Below, piece by piece: positions 23,865 through 36,900 of a stretch of DNA of 64,000 nucleotides. Within the stretch, counting starts at the first letter, position 1. Every line of letters begins with the position of its first letter. A program made the position numbers and the translations under genes. The notes under the pieces are model-generated. The model did not search any database. It was not told where the DNA came from and saw only the letters and a list, made by a program, of their open reading frames with translations. Source of the stretch: Marsupella aquatica (lineage: Eukaryota > Plantae > Marchantiophyta); NCBI GenBank assembly GCA_973895155.1, contig OZ316898.1, positions 13,918,330 to 13,982,329 on the forward strand. The letters run 5' to 3'.

Positions 23865-25880
23865 ATCCTGAGAAATGCTTCTTCGGAATTGAGGAGGGGA
23901 TACTATTGGGCCACAAGGTGTCTGCTCGTGGCATCGAGGTGGATCGTGAGAAGGTGGCAGTGTGGGTGGCGGTCTCCTTTCCAAGAAATGTGAAGGAGGT
24001 GCAAGGCTTCTTGGGGTGTGTTGGCTACTACCGACGCTTCATCAGGGACTTTGCCAAGGTAGCCATGCCACTCACATCCATGTTGAAGAAGGGAAGTGAA
24101 TTAGAACCTACTCCTTCCTGAAAAGCTGCTTTGATGAATTAAAAAAACGTTTGCTAGAGGCTCCCGTACTCATTACGCCTAATTGGAATAAGGAGTTCCA
24201 TGTTTACGTAGACGTATCAGGATTTTGCATCGGTGCCATGTTGAGTCAGTTGGATGATGATGGAAGGGACCATCCCATCTACTTTGCTAGTAGGCAGTTG
24301 GCCCCGACAGAGAAGAACTACTCACCCACCGATAGGGAGGCTCTTGGTATCATTTACCCTTATAAGAAGTATCGTCATTATTTGTTGGGTTACAAGGTTG
24401 TGTTCCACACGGATCACAACAGCTTGAAATATATGGTCAACAAACCCGATCTGTCCGGGAGAATTGCACGTTGGGTCCGCTTATTACAGGAGTTCAACTA
24501 TGAGGTGAGGGTGAGATCCAGGAAGAGTCACAGCAATGCTGACTTCTTCTCCCGTATTGAGGGAGCATCTGACTCTCAAGAGATTGATGATCATTTTCCC
24601 AATGAAGAAGTCTTCAGGGTGACTACGGAGGCCACTACTTGGTATGGAGAAATTCTTGAATTTCTCCGTACAGCCAGGGTTCCATTACGGTTGGGTCCGG
24701 AATGTGCAACAGTGTTTTTACGTAAGACGGGGCCCTACTTGCTTGTGACGGGAGTACTTCACAAATACAAGATGGATGGACGCCTTTGCCGTTGTTTGGA
24801 GGAAGCCGAGATACATATGGTCATGGCGGCACTTCATGAGGAGGAAGCTGGGGGTCACTTTGCTCGAGAGACAACTGCCAGAAAGATACTAGATGCGGGA
24901 TATTGGTGGCCAACTCTTTTCTGGGACATGCACCGGTACATCCAGAGATGTGACCCCTGCCAACGCCAAGGGAAACCTGGCCCCTCCTCACGACATCCAT
25001 TGGTGCCAATCCTCCCCCTTGCCCCATTTGAGAAGTGGGGAGTGGACTTCATTGGTCCGTTCACTCCCATCACACGGAGGGGAAGGAAGCGGTATATCAT
25101 CCTAGCTATGGACTACGCTACCAAGTGGGTGGAGGCCCAAGCAACTGCAAAAGATGATGCCAACACCACGACACGTTTTTTGTATGAGCAGATCTTTACA
25201 CGGTTTGGCCCACCCTTGGAGTTGGTAAGTGACAGGGGTACTCATTTTCTCAATCATACAATCGAGCGTCTAACGGAGAACTACTTGGTCTCCCATAGGA
25301 AGACCACCCCGTACCATCCACGAGCCAACGGGCTCACTGAGAGAGCAAACGGGATCATGGGCAAGATTCTCAACAAGACGGTGTCGGCTCACAAGACAGA
25401 TTGGGATTTGAACTTGCTGGCTGCCACTTATGCCTACAACCTAGCTCACAAGACCACCACTGGCCACAGTCCCTACTTCCTTGTGTTTGGCCAACATTCT
25501 CTTGTGCCGGTGGAATTTGAGGTGCCCACCATTCGAATCTTGACACAGGAAAGAGAAGGGGAAGAAAGTAGTGTAGCTACGCGGATCCAACACTTGGAGC
25601 AACTTACGGAGGTACGAGAGGAGGCTTTGACGCGCACAGAGCAACAACAAGGCAAACAAAAGTTCCCGGCTCCGCCATGTGTCCATTGAGGAGGGAGATT
25701 TGGTGCTCCTCTACGACAGTTGTTTCATGCACTTTCCGGGGAAGCTACATACACGTTGGATGGGACCCTACCTGGTAGACACAGTCTACTCCAATGGGTC
25801 GGTGCAGCTCAAGACATTGGAGGGGCAACTACTCAACACACATCAATCAAGAACACCTAAAGAAGTACTACACGGAGGAG
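23865..25880 (+). pseudogene. pol: pol: RT end, RNase H and integrase with GPY/F motif
   Basis: FLGCVGYYRRFI, YVDVSGFCIGAML, TDHNSL; integrase H..GGH...C..C, WGVDFIGP, SDRGTHF, NGLTER; KLHTRWMGPY; frameshifts. Confidence 0.93.
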
Positions 25881-25912
25881 GAGTATGGTGCTCGCGGGGG
25901 CGCTTCGCAATT

Positions 25913-25922
25913 AAGGGAGGAG
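25913..25922 (+). promoter_or_regulatory. Polypurine tract
   Basis: AAGGGAGGAG, 3 nt before the 3' LTR. Confidence 0.75.
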
Positions 25923-25925
25923 CTA

Positions 25926-28900
25926 TGTGACGGGGTCCCCGTCACTCGAAATCACGAATAATGGGTTGCAGAGGGGTGTGCCTTGTTAATAGCCACTGTA
26001 AATAAGCCGTTTTTAATTTTTTTTAGTTAATTCCGCCATTATAGGTTGATGATGCCCCGGGTGACTTTATATTCTTTCTCTCATAACAGTTCTAAGATTT
26101 GCGGCGACCTAAGCAGGAAAATATTTTGGGACCTTAAAAAGTGCTAGGGCCAACCCCATAGGACTTACCGTTTTGCTTGAGCTATCGTTGCGACCCCCTT
26201 GTAAAAAGAGGAATAAAAGGGAGCTTTGGGGGGGATTAAAATTCCCCATTAAGGGGCACCATGAGTACTAGTGAGGAGGCCGGGGATAAAGGAGGCTGCA
26301 GGGGGGAATTAAATGCCCTTATGGTGGCCTGGCATGGGGCAAGTCGAGCGTGTCCCACGAGTGACCAGGTGGCACCCGGAAAACCTAGCCCCTTGCATAG
26401 GGAGGCGCGCCGTGTGAGCCAGAGCCAGGGGGTACCGCGAGCCGGGAGGAGCCCGCGAGTGGGCAAGCCTAGGTGGTGCTACCGAGGCGCAGCGCAGCCG
26501 GTGCCAGGAGGAAAGGGTCGCAGAAGGGGGAAAGCTCCCGTGAGCCGGGCCCAAAGGAGGGGTGAGTCACGTGGGGGGGTATTAAACCCTCCCGCAAGGA
26601 GGGAGCAGGACCGGGCGTCACCTGCATAGGGCCGTGTGCATCTGGGGTCCGCAAGTTGGAGGAGGAGGAGGTACACATTAAACCCTCCCGTGGGGGGGGG
26701 GCGAAGCAATAAGGGGAGAAGGAGGAGGGCGCGGCCGTAGGGGGCTGCCGGTACGTGGGGCGCCCTGCATAGGGCTGAGTGAAGTGAGGGGGGAAAATTA
26801 AATTCCCCCAGCCTTGGAGTACGGGGCGCATGCAGCAAGATGAGGAGGGTCGCGTGTCGGCATGCGCGAGCCCTTCATAGGGCTGCGAGCCGGGGCGCAT
26901 GGCGAAAGCTAGGGAGCCGGGAGAATAAAATACATGGGAGGGGTTCCCTTCCCTTTCCCTTGTATTAGCCATTTTCCTTTCTTTTCTCCTTCCCTACTTT
27001 CTACGCGACTCCTCCCTTTGCCGAAAGCACTTTGCTTACATTTCCAAAAGCTCTATCTCTTGCGAGCTCTCTCATGGTGGATTGGGAGAGCTTGGGGGCT
27101 CACATTTTTTTGGGCATTAGAGGCGACGGCATTGAGTGGCTTCTAAGGGAATTGAGGGTAATTGATTGATCGGGATACGGGGGCCGTTTCGGGCCAGGGA
27201 TTGACATTGCTACGGGTGACGGGATTTGGTGATTGAGGATTTGATTTTTGGATGCATGGATGCTGGATCAACCGGAGTTTAGTGCGGCATGCGTTTGGAG
27301 ATACAAGGCTGCTTACCGTGACTACGTTGAGACATTGATTGCAAGAGAGAGAGAAGAGAGAAAAGCCACGATGAGAACTGGGCTGGCGGCAAGTTCCACA
27401 CCGATGAGTAGGAAGGTTTTCCGTCGAATTTATCCCAAAACCTCCGCCACTTAGGTGATGGAGGATTGTAGGAATGTTTTTCAAGCCACCGGGCTCACGG
27501 AGTTCATGAAGGTGGAGATTACAATCCCTGCGGGGAAGAGTTGGAACATTGAGACCGGGATGGAGTTACGTACTGAAGGAATCTACTTTGAATGTCTCCA
27601 GCGGGTAGTGCCCCATGTGGAGTTAGCTAAGCTCCTGTTTTTGGAGAACCAACAATTCTCATTCACACCCCGGAACATAAGGGGAGAGCTCACATTGACA
27701 ATGGTGGCCGGTTGGGTGATTAATCCCACCTCCACTACTTCCATTCCTCTTTCCACCGCCAAGGATGCTGAGCACAAGGGATTTCTGGCCAAGGTTCATC
27801 AACGGGTCCTTGGTAACGTGCAATCCGGGGTGGTGAATGGAGAGCATTTTGTGGTAGCTATGGACATCAAGAACTATCCAGCCCATGTGTACGGATGGTG
27901 GTACTTTGGGTTGAAGAAGCTATTGGACGCCAATCCTGGGAGTGTGAAACCAGGTGGGGCTGTACACTTGATGGGGTCATTTTTGCTGGCCAGAGCAGAA
28001 GGGTGGATTGTTTCCCCGGGACAGGAAGACTCTGGATCATCCCTTACCACGGAAATCAGGAGTATTGCCACTACCATCGTGGGGAAACTAACGGAGGGAT
28101 CATTGTCGGTGGTTGGGGATGATAATAGAGAGGAAGAAAACCAGGATGAGGACTCCACATTGGAGTGGCTTGAATCACTTGTGGGAGATCCGAAGGAGCC
28201 CCTAGTCTACGACATTCCTGGTGTCTACCTGGCAGAGTTACGGGAATTCCGGGAGGGAGTCCATGAGGGACTCAAGCTAGTCCACGCATTGAGAGATTCT
28301 CTCAAGCAGGCCATCGCCAGAGTAGAGACTTTGGAGCAGAGTGCCTTGTCTATGAAGGAGGTGATCAAGGCCAAGGAGGAGGCCATTCATGAGAAGGTTA
28401 AACTTCTCCAAGCAACTCACATAGAGATCTCCAACTTGAAAGGAGCCTTGTCCACCAAGGCCAAGGAAGCGGAAGAGGTTGGAGTATTGAAACAGGCATT
28501 GGCCAAAGAGAAGCAGAATTCTGGAGAAGTGGTGGAGTTAAGAGCTCAGGTGGGAGCACTACGGGGTCAAATGGTGATCTTTGAGACAAGGGCTAAGAGG
28601 AGTGAGGCCTTGAGTCTGGGGAAACGGAAGAGCCCCTGCACACCTAGCTCCACACTTTCCCCAGATTTGATCTCCAGGGCCATTGAGATGGTGGTGAAGG
28701 AAGTCAGTGGGAAGTATGGACCCCTCTTGGATGCAGCCAAGAAGAGTCAAGAGAAGAGCAAGAGCTTATAGAAGAAGCTCAGGGAGGTACATAAATCATT
28801 ACGAGAGGCTCAGGTCAACATGGGGACCCCGGGGATGCCACCTCGATCTGTCACCCCTGGAAGTCCCATGGCCACCGGGCAGGTTTTACCGTTGGAGTTG

Positions 28901-30235
28901 CGATCCGGTGAAGAGGCGGCCTTATGGAAGGACACCATTGGTGAGGGGTACATCAAGGCGTGGCAAGCCTTGGCCAATTTGAGGAAGCAGGGGAGCACTA
29001 GCACAAGGAGTACCCTGGTGAAGAAGAAGAGGAGTGAAGTGGCACTCACATACTCTAGTGGAGAGTGATGAGGAGGCCCACTCACGGGGCTCAAGCCAGG
29101 GTACCGTGAGTGAAGAGGAGGAGGATTAGAGTGGTCGTACGGACGTGGTTGTAAGGCCCCTTGAATTTCCAACTTTTTTGTGAGGGGTCACTCACGGGCT
29201 TGTTGGAAAGAGCTCGCGGAGCTGAGTCCAACAAGAGGCAGCGCTCCTCAAACGGAGCTAGAATGAGCAAGTTAGGGTCCGACGAAGTTGGGATTACGGG
29301 ATACTGAAACAACCATCACTTGGTCGTCCGATGTCCGTTTCAAGAGCGGTTGAGTGATTCATGATCAGGAGGAGGAGGGCTATCCAAGGGTGAACTCAGA
29401 AGTTCAAGTGGAAGGGCACCTAGTTTCGGCCATTGTGGGGTTCCTTACAATTTCACGGTTCACGGAGTAACGTTGGGGCGCCGTCAAAGGCACCGTCGGC
29501 CCCATTGTTAGTTTAGGGTTTAGGGTTTTAGAAGCATGTGTGTGCCGCATGCTTTTAGTTTAGGGGTTCCTTAGTGAAGGGTTTAGCGGCGCCGCTAGGG
29601 TAGCCGCCATCCTTGTGACCCCGTGAGGGGTGCTTTGGTGTGTTGTTTTGAGTATTTAGGGGAAGAGCTCCGTAGTAGTGAGGGGGGAACTCAGTCTAGT
29701 GGTTGCTTAGGGAAGTTAGCTCAGAGCCAGAAGGGGGCATCAAGCCAGAGTAGTGAGGTAGAGGTGTAGCACTTGCCCTAGTGAGGCAGTAGTTGGGCAG
29801 ACGGCAAGAGGCCGGGTTGTCCTTGCAATGTGTTACGACGTCTTGCCAAAAGATATGGATTTGGTTTGATTCCTCAAGTTTTGGTGTGGCGTTATTTTTT
29901 CTGGTTCACGATTGTGTTCTTTCCCCAAGAAGTGTCTAAAGAATACTTGCACGGATTGGTCGACCATGTGAGTAGGGGGGTGGTGACAGCACTCCACTAG
30001 CGACCAGTAGGAGTGTGTGTGTGTGGCGTAGTCCATGGGACTTGATCAAAAGCAGCGGGACTAGTCGGTAGACTTGATCAAAAACTACATTTCTGGGAGC
30101 GGAAATAAACATACTCATCCTACATGCAATACAATCCTAATAGCGTCCCTCCATGTTCCTGTCATACGATAACAAACGATTTTAGTAGGAATAAATACAT
30201 ATTTGTCGTGTAAATCATTTGATAAGCAGGTGACA
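25926..30235 (+). repeat. 3' LTR (4310 bp, full length, contains an ORF)
   Basis: Same termini as the 5' LTR and followed by the TSD; has 2707 bp (26672-29378) absent from the 5' LTR. Confidence 0.92.
27248..29068 (+). pseudogene. LTR-encoded accessory protein (~600 codons; plant-transposon-protein-like N-terminus plus coiled coil)
   Basis: ORFs 27248-27454, 27455-28771 and 28820-29068 share one frame, split only by TAG at 27452-27454 and 28769-28771; heptad-rich C-terminal half. Confidence 0.7.
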
Positions 30236-30872
30236 GGTCGTTTAGCATATCCTGGGAAGAACTCCTCCGAGTAACATCCTTTAAATTCCAGAATACAAAA
30301 GTGTCCAATGCTTCCTGAACGGTATTGGCTCCATTGTGAGGAAAGGGTAACCTCTTCCTTCCTTGAAAAACTTCACATATTTTCACACTAATCCTAGAAG
30401 TGCCAAGTCTTTCATTGTGACAGGTCTCATCGGGATTTGTCTTGAACACAAATCCACGAGCCACAATCTGATTGCCGATCTAGAGCTGGACTTCATCGCC
30501 AGATATAATCGAGTCTTCAAAACTTCCCAACGAAGATTTGTCTGGTACAAAACCGGGAACCGTATCCTTTGTAGAACAAGAGGCATCCATTTGTGTTGTC
30601 GTTGGAGTTGACTATGACTTCAAATATGCAAAAGAGGCATCCCAAATAATGCAGGAGTCGACAGCATCAAACAGGGTCCTGATCAGCGGCAAAGGGTAAG
30701 GAATTTCCCGTGATCCCTCATAGTACTTCTCAATGAGAACTCGTATACGATTACGTCCCAAATCAACATTACGCACTGAGTCACCCGGGTCAACCTTGAG
30801 GACGGTCCCACAAGCAACTTCCACTCCGTCGATTACGAGGCAAACCTTGTCCCCTCGAAAGAAAATCCCCAT
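30236..30872 (-). pseudogene. Sola-like transposase, 5' part: two Tnp1/En-Spm-like (Transposase_23-like) repeats
   Basis: Pattern V.L.....VA.G.V...DP......LG...I.V.I.......PYP.....TL..A......W occurs twice; two in-frame TAGs; frame runs MLND-LSTQD across the TSD. Confidence 0.7.
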
Positions 30873-30908
30873 TTTGAAAACGTGGTCCAAACTGTTGGAT
30901 GTAGTTAC

Positions 30909-33900
30909 CTTGAGATGATCTCGAGGTAAAGTGACTACAAAAACTAACCAAAAAACCCAAGTGTAGAAGTTTATCCCACAAAATTGTGTGATAGAGAAAA
31001 TAAGAAACTCTTCTACCTCGAGACGATCTCGAGGTAGAAGAGGGACCAAAAACTCCAATATGTAAAAATTCAGAAGTATTTAGCTCAAGACGATCTCGAG
31101 GTAAAATATGAAATCTCACTGAATAGCGAATTCAGATTCTATACCTCCGACTCTCTACAAACTCAATTATAAGAAGGAAAACCGAATGCACCATTATAAA
31201 GAAGGCAAAAGTGAATAAGTTTGAGGATCAAACTTATGACTCGAGATGATCTCGAGCCAAAAAGGACATTGTATTTGACAAAGAAACTATTATGAATAAT
31301 AAGCCACCCAAAATAAGAACATATAAATGGCTCTAGATGATCTAGATGAATGATTTGGTGCAATTAAGAAAGTAGGCTCCCAGTTTACTTCCAGACACTA
31401 AGAAATAGCTTCTAAAATGCCATCAAATAGAGGGAAAAGGCTTCCAAATGGATTTTGACCGACACTAGTATAAGCTGAAAAGGTTTGGTTTTCTAAAAGA
31501 TAGGAGCTCAATTATTTTAGACCTCCTTCAGGGCTTAAAATGATAATTTCTCGAAATATCCTAAACACAAACGTAGAGTCCACAACCCTTGAAAAGAACA
31601 ACAGAAAGAGATCAGAGCAGAAATCTAGAGCCAAAGAGAGGGAGAGGGAGAGGGAGAGAGAGCAGAGAGAGGTAGAGGGAGAAACGAGCGAGCAATGAAA
31701 CGAAATGAGAAGAATGACCCGCTGGAGACCAAAGAGAAGCAATATATAAAACCCTGACAGACAAAAAGGCCAATAAGAAGGCTTGGTTGAACTTGTGTCA
31801 CAGCTAAACTTGCAGCAGGGCTGAAGTATGGATAACAATAATGACAACACGTGTGACCGTAATAATGATTGTACGCACCCAGCAGGTTGCGTGGCAGCCT
31901 GCCTGAGCCTGCACGAGCCCTGGCATGCTTGGCATGGCCAAGGCCGACCCCCGAGGGGCTTATAGTGGCTTCAGGGGTTTGGAATTCCCCATTTTCACAT
32001 TTGCCTCCTCGCCTCTTCGCCTCCTCGCGTCCCTTGCCTCCTTGCCTCTAGATTGTTTCGCGCTCTTGCCTCAGGATCCTTGTATTAGCCTCGAGATTGT
32101 AGAGGGTCGAGATTAGGTTTTTTCCTCAAGATTTTATAGGGTCAAGATTTTGTGTTTAGGCTCGAGCTTCGATAGGGTTGAAATTTTTAGTGTAGGCTCA
32201 AGATTTGTTTTTAAGTTCTCAGCCCGTAGTACGTTCCTCTCTTCAGCTCTTCACCAGCCATGTTGACTGTTGTAGATTTCTCCAAGGAGGACTTCGCTGA
32301 GTACAACCTTGCAACCGTTGGCGAAGAGCTTCAGACCCATCTAGACTCAGCGCATCAGATCCATCGCACCATTAAACGTAATTCATCATCTTTGTTCTGT
32401 TCAGGTTTAACTCGAGATCGTCTCAAGCTTCAATTGGTCCACTTGTTTCTGGATTCCTTGGATGCAGTGGAGGCTCAAGATCATCTCGAGCCTATTGATG
32501 TTTTCTGCAATACTTTGCTTCAAAAGTTGTGATCTATCAATTGATTTTGCATTTGATGTAAGTGGCATGAGGCTCGAGATCGTCTCGAGCCAATATGCAA
32601 TTCCTGCATGTGACCTAGTGAGATTTCTTCAAGTTGGAAACCCTTATCCTTCAAAAGTGAAACATCATATCCAAAATATCTAAAATTTCCTTCCTCCAGG
32701 GACTTATGTACCCTCCAACTCGTTCTGATCATTGACATCCGAACGGGTTTGTGGGTATCAGAAGTCAATGGAGAAAGTGGATTTTAATCATTGATTAAAT
32801 ATGATGTTCATTGTTGAATAAGATATTCGGATCACTCGTTTGACATGTTAGGCTCGAGATCGTCTCGAGCCAAATATATCCCTCACCATCTTCCATTATG
32901 GTCATTCGTATCCCTTGGCCAATTTCTTCCAGTTGGAAGGACTCCATGTCGTCTACTTCAATTACTAATATCCTTTTCATTGTGATCCAAGCTTGCCTTT
33001 TGGACCACTTTCTTAGTCCTCCAACTCGTTTGTGAAGATGACAAACCACTGAGTTAGAGGGTTTTGAATGTGGTCGAATAGGTGACATTGGATCATTCTT
33101 GAAAATGTTGTTCGTTAAATTTGACTGGTTCATGATATGCAATGGAATAAAACCTCAACTGATATATATGAGGATCGAGATCATCTCGAGCCCTTGTCTT
33201 TTACTTTTAAACAGATGGTGGCTCGAGATCATCTCGAGCCTATTGTGTTTCCTAACTATTGTGTTATCTTTTTAGATTTTTTGGGTTTGAAATCTCTTTT
33301 TAAATTCCACGAATGAAATGGCATTGGAACATGTAAGACTATTAAACTTAAAAGGAAGACCGAGATCATCTCGAGCCACCTATTTGTTTCTTGGTTTTGT
33401 AGTACATGTTTATGACAATTGCTACATTTTGGCTGTACCAGGTGCGAAATTGGGATCGCCTAATTTGGTAGTCAAAGATGAACATGCAATTGAGGTTTCC
33501 TGCCCTGGACATGGTTTATTTGGATTCTGTTGGGCCATTGAGCTTGCTGAAACTAAAGACATGGAAGGAACTATTATTTGTGTGAAGACGAGGTCTCCAT
33601 CAATTGATCCTCTAGTGTGCAGCCTTCTAGGGCCTGTTGTTTCTATTGTGACGAGTAACGGTAAGGACATGGTTTTGACGGTGGAGAACCACGAGACAAG
33701 GAAGTGGGCTCTAATTAGACTTCATGCCAAAAACTACTCTTGCGATCTTAACATTGAACGTGCAGCCAGGAAACAACTGAGCGTGATATCAATGGGGTTC
33801 TTCCCCGAGGGTTTTACTACAAGTAATTTGCTAGAAGATACTCCTATATCTGGAGCGGACATAATTTTTGGATTCTTTTATTGTCAAAAGTATGGGTTTG

Positions 33901-36900
33901 ATCGTGATGATGCATTCACGACTCCTTTCACGTGGAAGGTTTTGAGACTAATGTCGGAATCCAAATTGGAGGAGTTTGAATCCATATCCCCTGATTTTGT
34001 GTTTGGAGTCGGGGAATTTGACGAGGATGCTTGTAAAAAGTGGGTGTTGTCTCATCGGAGACAAACAGGTAAATTGAAATCTGTAGCTGCGGGAGACAAG
34101 ACGTCCGGTTTGGACAAAAAAGAAGCACAGGTGTCTCAAAAGAGGAAGAGGGTTGAGAAACCCGAAAGCAAAGCGAAGAAGGCTCCACCTCAAAAAAAGT
34201 TCGCGCCGCCCAAGGTAGATCTCATTCCGGCATCTTCCTCGAGTGTGAATGCACATACCGATGATGATGGCACTCCAGGAGATGCTCCGGGAGAAAAGAG
34301 CGTTAAGGAAGGAGCCAAAGTTCTTAAGGAGATTGAGGAGTATTACACATTTGGCATGAATGAAACTTTTGACATTCCTGTCACTAGTATAGATTCGCCG
34401 TCTGCAGTTTTGGTATATAGGATGTTCAATAAAGACCATGCCATGGAGGTCGCAAAATCCATGGTTAGAAACCCTGGAATGGTGCCAGCTGTGGCGGATT
34501 TAATTCCGTATTCAAGAGAGAGTTTGCAGTTGCTCCATTATGAGAATACTGCTGAGGATCGAAAGGAGTTCGAGCCCGGAGTTCGAGTGGGGTGTTAAGA
34601 ATAAGAAGGTGCAGTTTCTTGCAATAAGTGGACAACACTCGGCAAAGGCAGCTGTTTGGATCATAGGTTGGGCTAAGAGCGATGCAAAGTTGAAGGAGGT
34701 CGCGAAGAGTCTGCAATATCGAAAGTCATGAATTCTTTCAGACAGAACTCCAAGAACAATACTTGCTCAACACTCACAAAGGGAAAATGCTGTTAATAAG
34801 ACCATGGAGTATGAGTCCTATTTTCTTGATACTATGGTCCATGCCCGTCGATAGTTTGACGAGTGTGGCCATCCGGAGAGACCCGTGATTGGGTCCAATA
34901 GACTAACGGATCATCAAAAGTTCCAGGTAAATTTGAACTCAAATCCACTTCTAGCTCGAGATTGTCTCGAGCCTCGAGGTCAAGTTTCTGTATTTGATTT
35001 ATCTTCATGTATTCTCCCATAAATTTTACCATAGTTCCTTAATTCTACCTCGAGATCGACTCGAGCCTCAGATTTTCTTTGTACTGTTTGGATCAGGATT
35101 TTATGGCCCTTGCCAAAATAACGACTGGAAAATCCGATCTGAGGAATATGTTTTGGTTGCTGTTTTCGGATGAGAACCTCTTCCGAACTTGGAGACAAAT
35201 GTGCATCGATTGGGTCAAGGGACTTCTTCCGGATGGTCTAGGGGAGTTAGGTTCAAAAATAAATGGGAAATCCCGAACAACAAAAATGATTACGCCGGCA
35301 TTGTTTAGATGCTTTGAAGGAGACCCAAGTAGTGACGACATTCTGAAAGTTTTTACTGCCGTTCAACAACAGAAGGTTTTATTGAAAAAAGACCCAGCCA
35401 ACAAATCTGATGTTCAATCAATGAGTGATATGGCTCATACTTTCAAAGTCATGACCAAGCTGAGGGCAAAAATTGTGGAGTACTTCGTTTTGAAGTATCC
35501 GGATCGGTTTGCCAATTCACTCACTTGGTTTGAGCTAACTCAATTTTTGCCTGCATTTATGGATCGTGGTGAGTTGTCGAAACTTAGACAACTTGCTAGA
35601 GAGGTTTGGATTTCCAACCTCCTAAAGAAATAGGCCAAAAGACCCATTTCTGCAAAGTCTCATTGTTAGGCTTGAGCAGATATATTGCAAGGTATTTGGT
35701 GGGTTGCCTTCAATGGAGGATACTCCTTATCGCACATTTTTTAGCGATAATTTGATGAGGACAATGAAGCCTGAGATTGCCCACTCTCCATTGTCGATTT
35801 TGGTCGTCTTCGACAACAGCAGTGGACAGATGCCAAAATTTTTGTCTTGCTGGAGTATTATTTGCAGATGGCAAACTCGATGGAGCTCTTAGTAATCTTT
35901 TTTGTCTGTCAAGGCCCATTGATAGGCCAGATTCAGGGTGCCTTTGAAAAGATTCGTCGTGAGAAGAAAGTCCACACGAAGCTGGAGTATGGGAGCTACT
36001 ACCGTGATCAGCTGCCCAAGGAGGAGGAAGATTTTCTCATTGGAGCCCGAGACTCAAACATGTTTGGGGGAATTTGTTGTGAAGAGGAACCAGACTGGTC
36101 CCAAATTTTCTTTGATGACTTTTATGCGTTCTGGAACTACAATGAGAAGTAGGACAAAGACTTCACAGTCTTGCCTTTGAAGGCCCCTACTGGGAACAAC
36201 AAAGACCAATCAAAGGGGAAAGATAAACTCGATGAATCCACTGTTGATGTCGAAGTTTTGGAGAAGATGGCCCCATCTTATGAGATGTTCGGTCGGCGTG
36301 GTGGCTTTGTAAATCCGAGAGCAAAGCCTTTGCGAATGACAAAGCGTCTTGTTGATTATTTCTCGTGCCCAGGTCATACAGTGTTGGATTTCTTCTCTGG
36401 AGGACAGACATTGAAAGCTTGTGTCATTCTTGGTCAGGATTGTTTTGTGTATTCGGACACAGCTCAAGAGATGGAATTCACAGAAGCCTTTGCTCAGCTC
36501 CCTCATGACAACAAGCAGGTTTTATATGTGCCACCCAAGGAGCCGTTACCATCTGAGGAAATTACTGCCGGTCCCCTCGTTGTAATAGAAGAGGCGGCCT
36601 TAGACATAGCTCCGGTGGAAGCCAGTGTTTATGAGGAAGTATTTGCAGAGAATTTAGAGCATCGCAAAACGGAGGGCCCGAAAATCACAAGCTACATGGA
36701 AGAGGAGGGTGAAATACTGCCTGAATTTGGAAATGATGCTCGAGATGATCTCGACGTTCCAGGTGTTCCTTCATCAGGTGACCTTGGGGATGCACAACGT
36801 GAACAACAGTCTTCAACCTTGGATGTTGGCTGGGAATCCACCTTGCAGGATGCAATTAGCCAACCAATTCCAAGCCCTCCTCAATTGGATGAGATTTTCT

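Larger units (their letters stand above)
6108..30235 (+). mobile_element. Ty3/Gypsy LTR retrotransposon (non-chromovirus, Athila/Tat/Phygy-like) with nested insertions
   Basis: TG...CA ends; 5-bp TSD GGTCG at 6103-6107 and 30236-30240; two LTRs, PBS and PPT; order gag-PR-RT-RH-IN; no chromodomain seen. Confidence 0.95.

Noticed and set aside
26672-29378. Independent TE inserted in the 3' LTR with a 12-bp TSD
   Set aside because: No TIR, TG...CA ends or poly(A), and the segment contains motifs native to the flanking LTR; deletion from the 5' LTR is simpler, though not proven.
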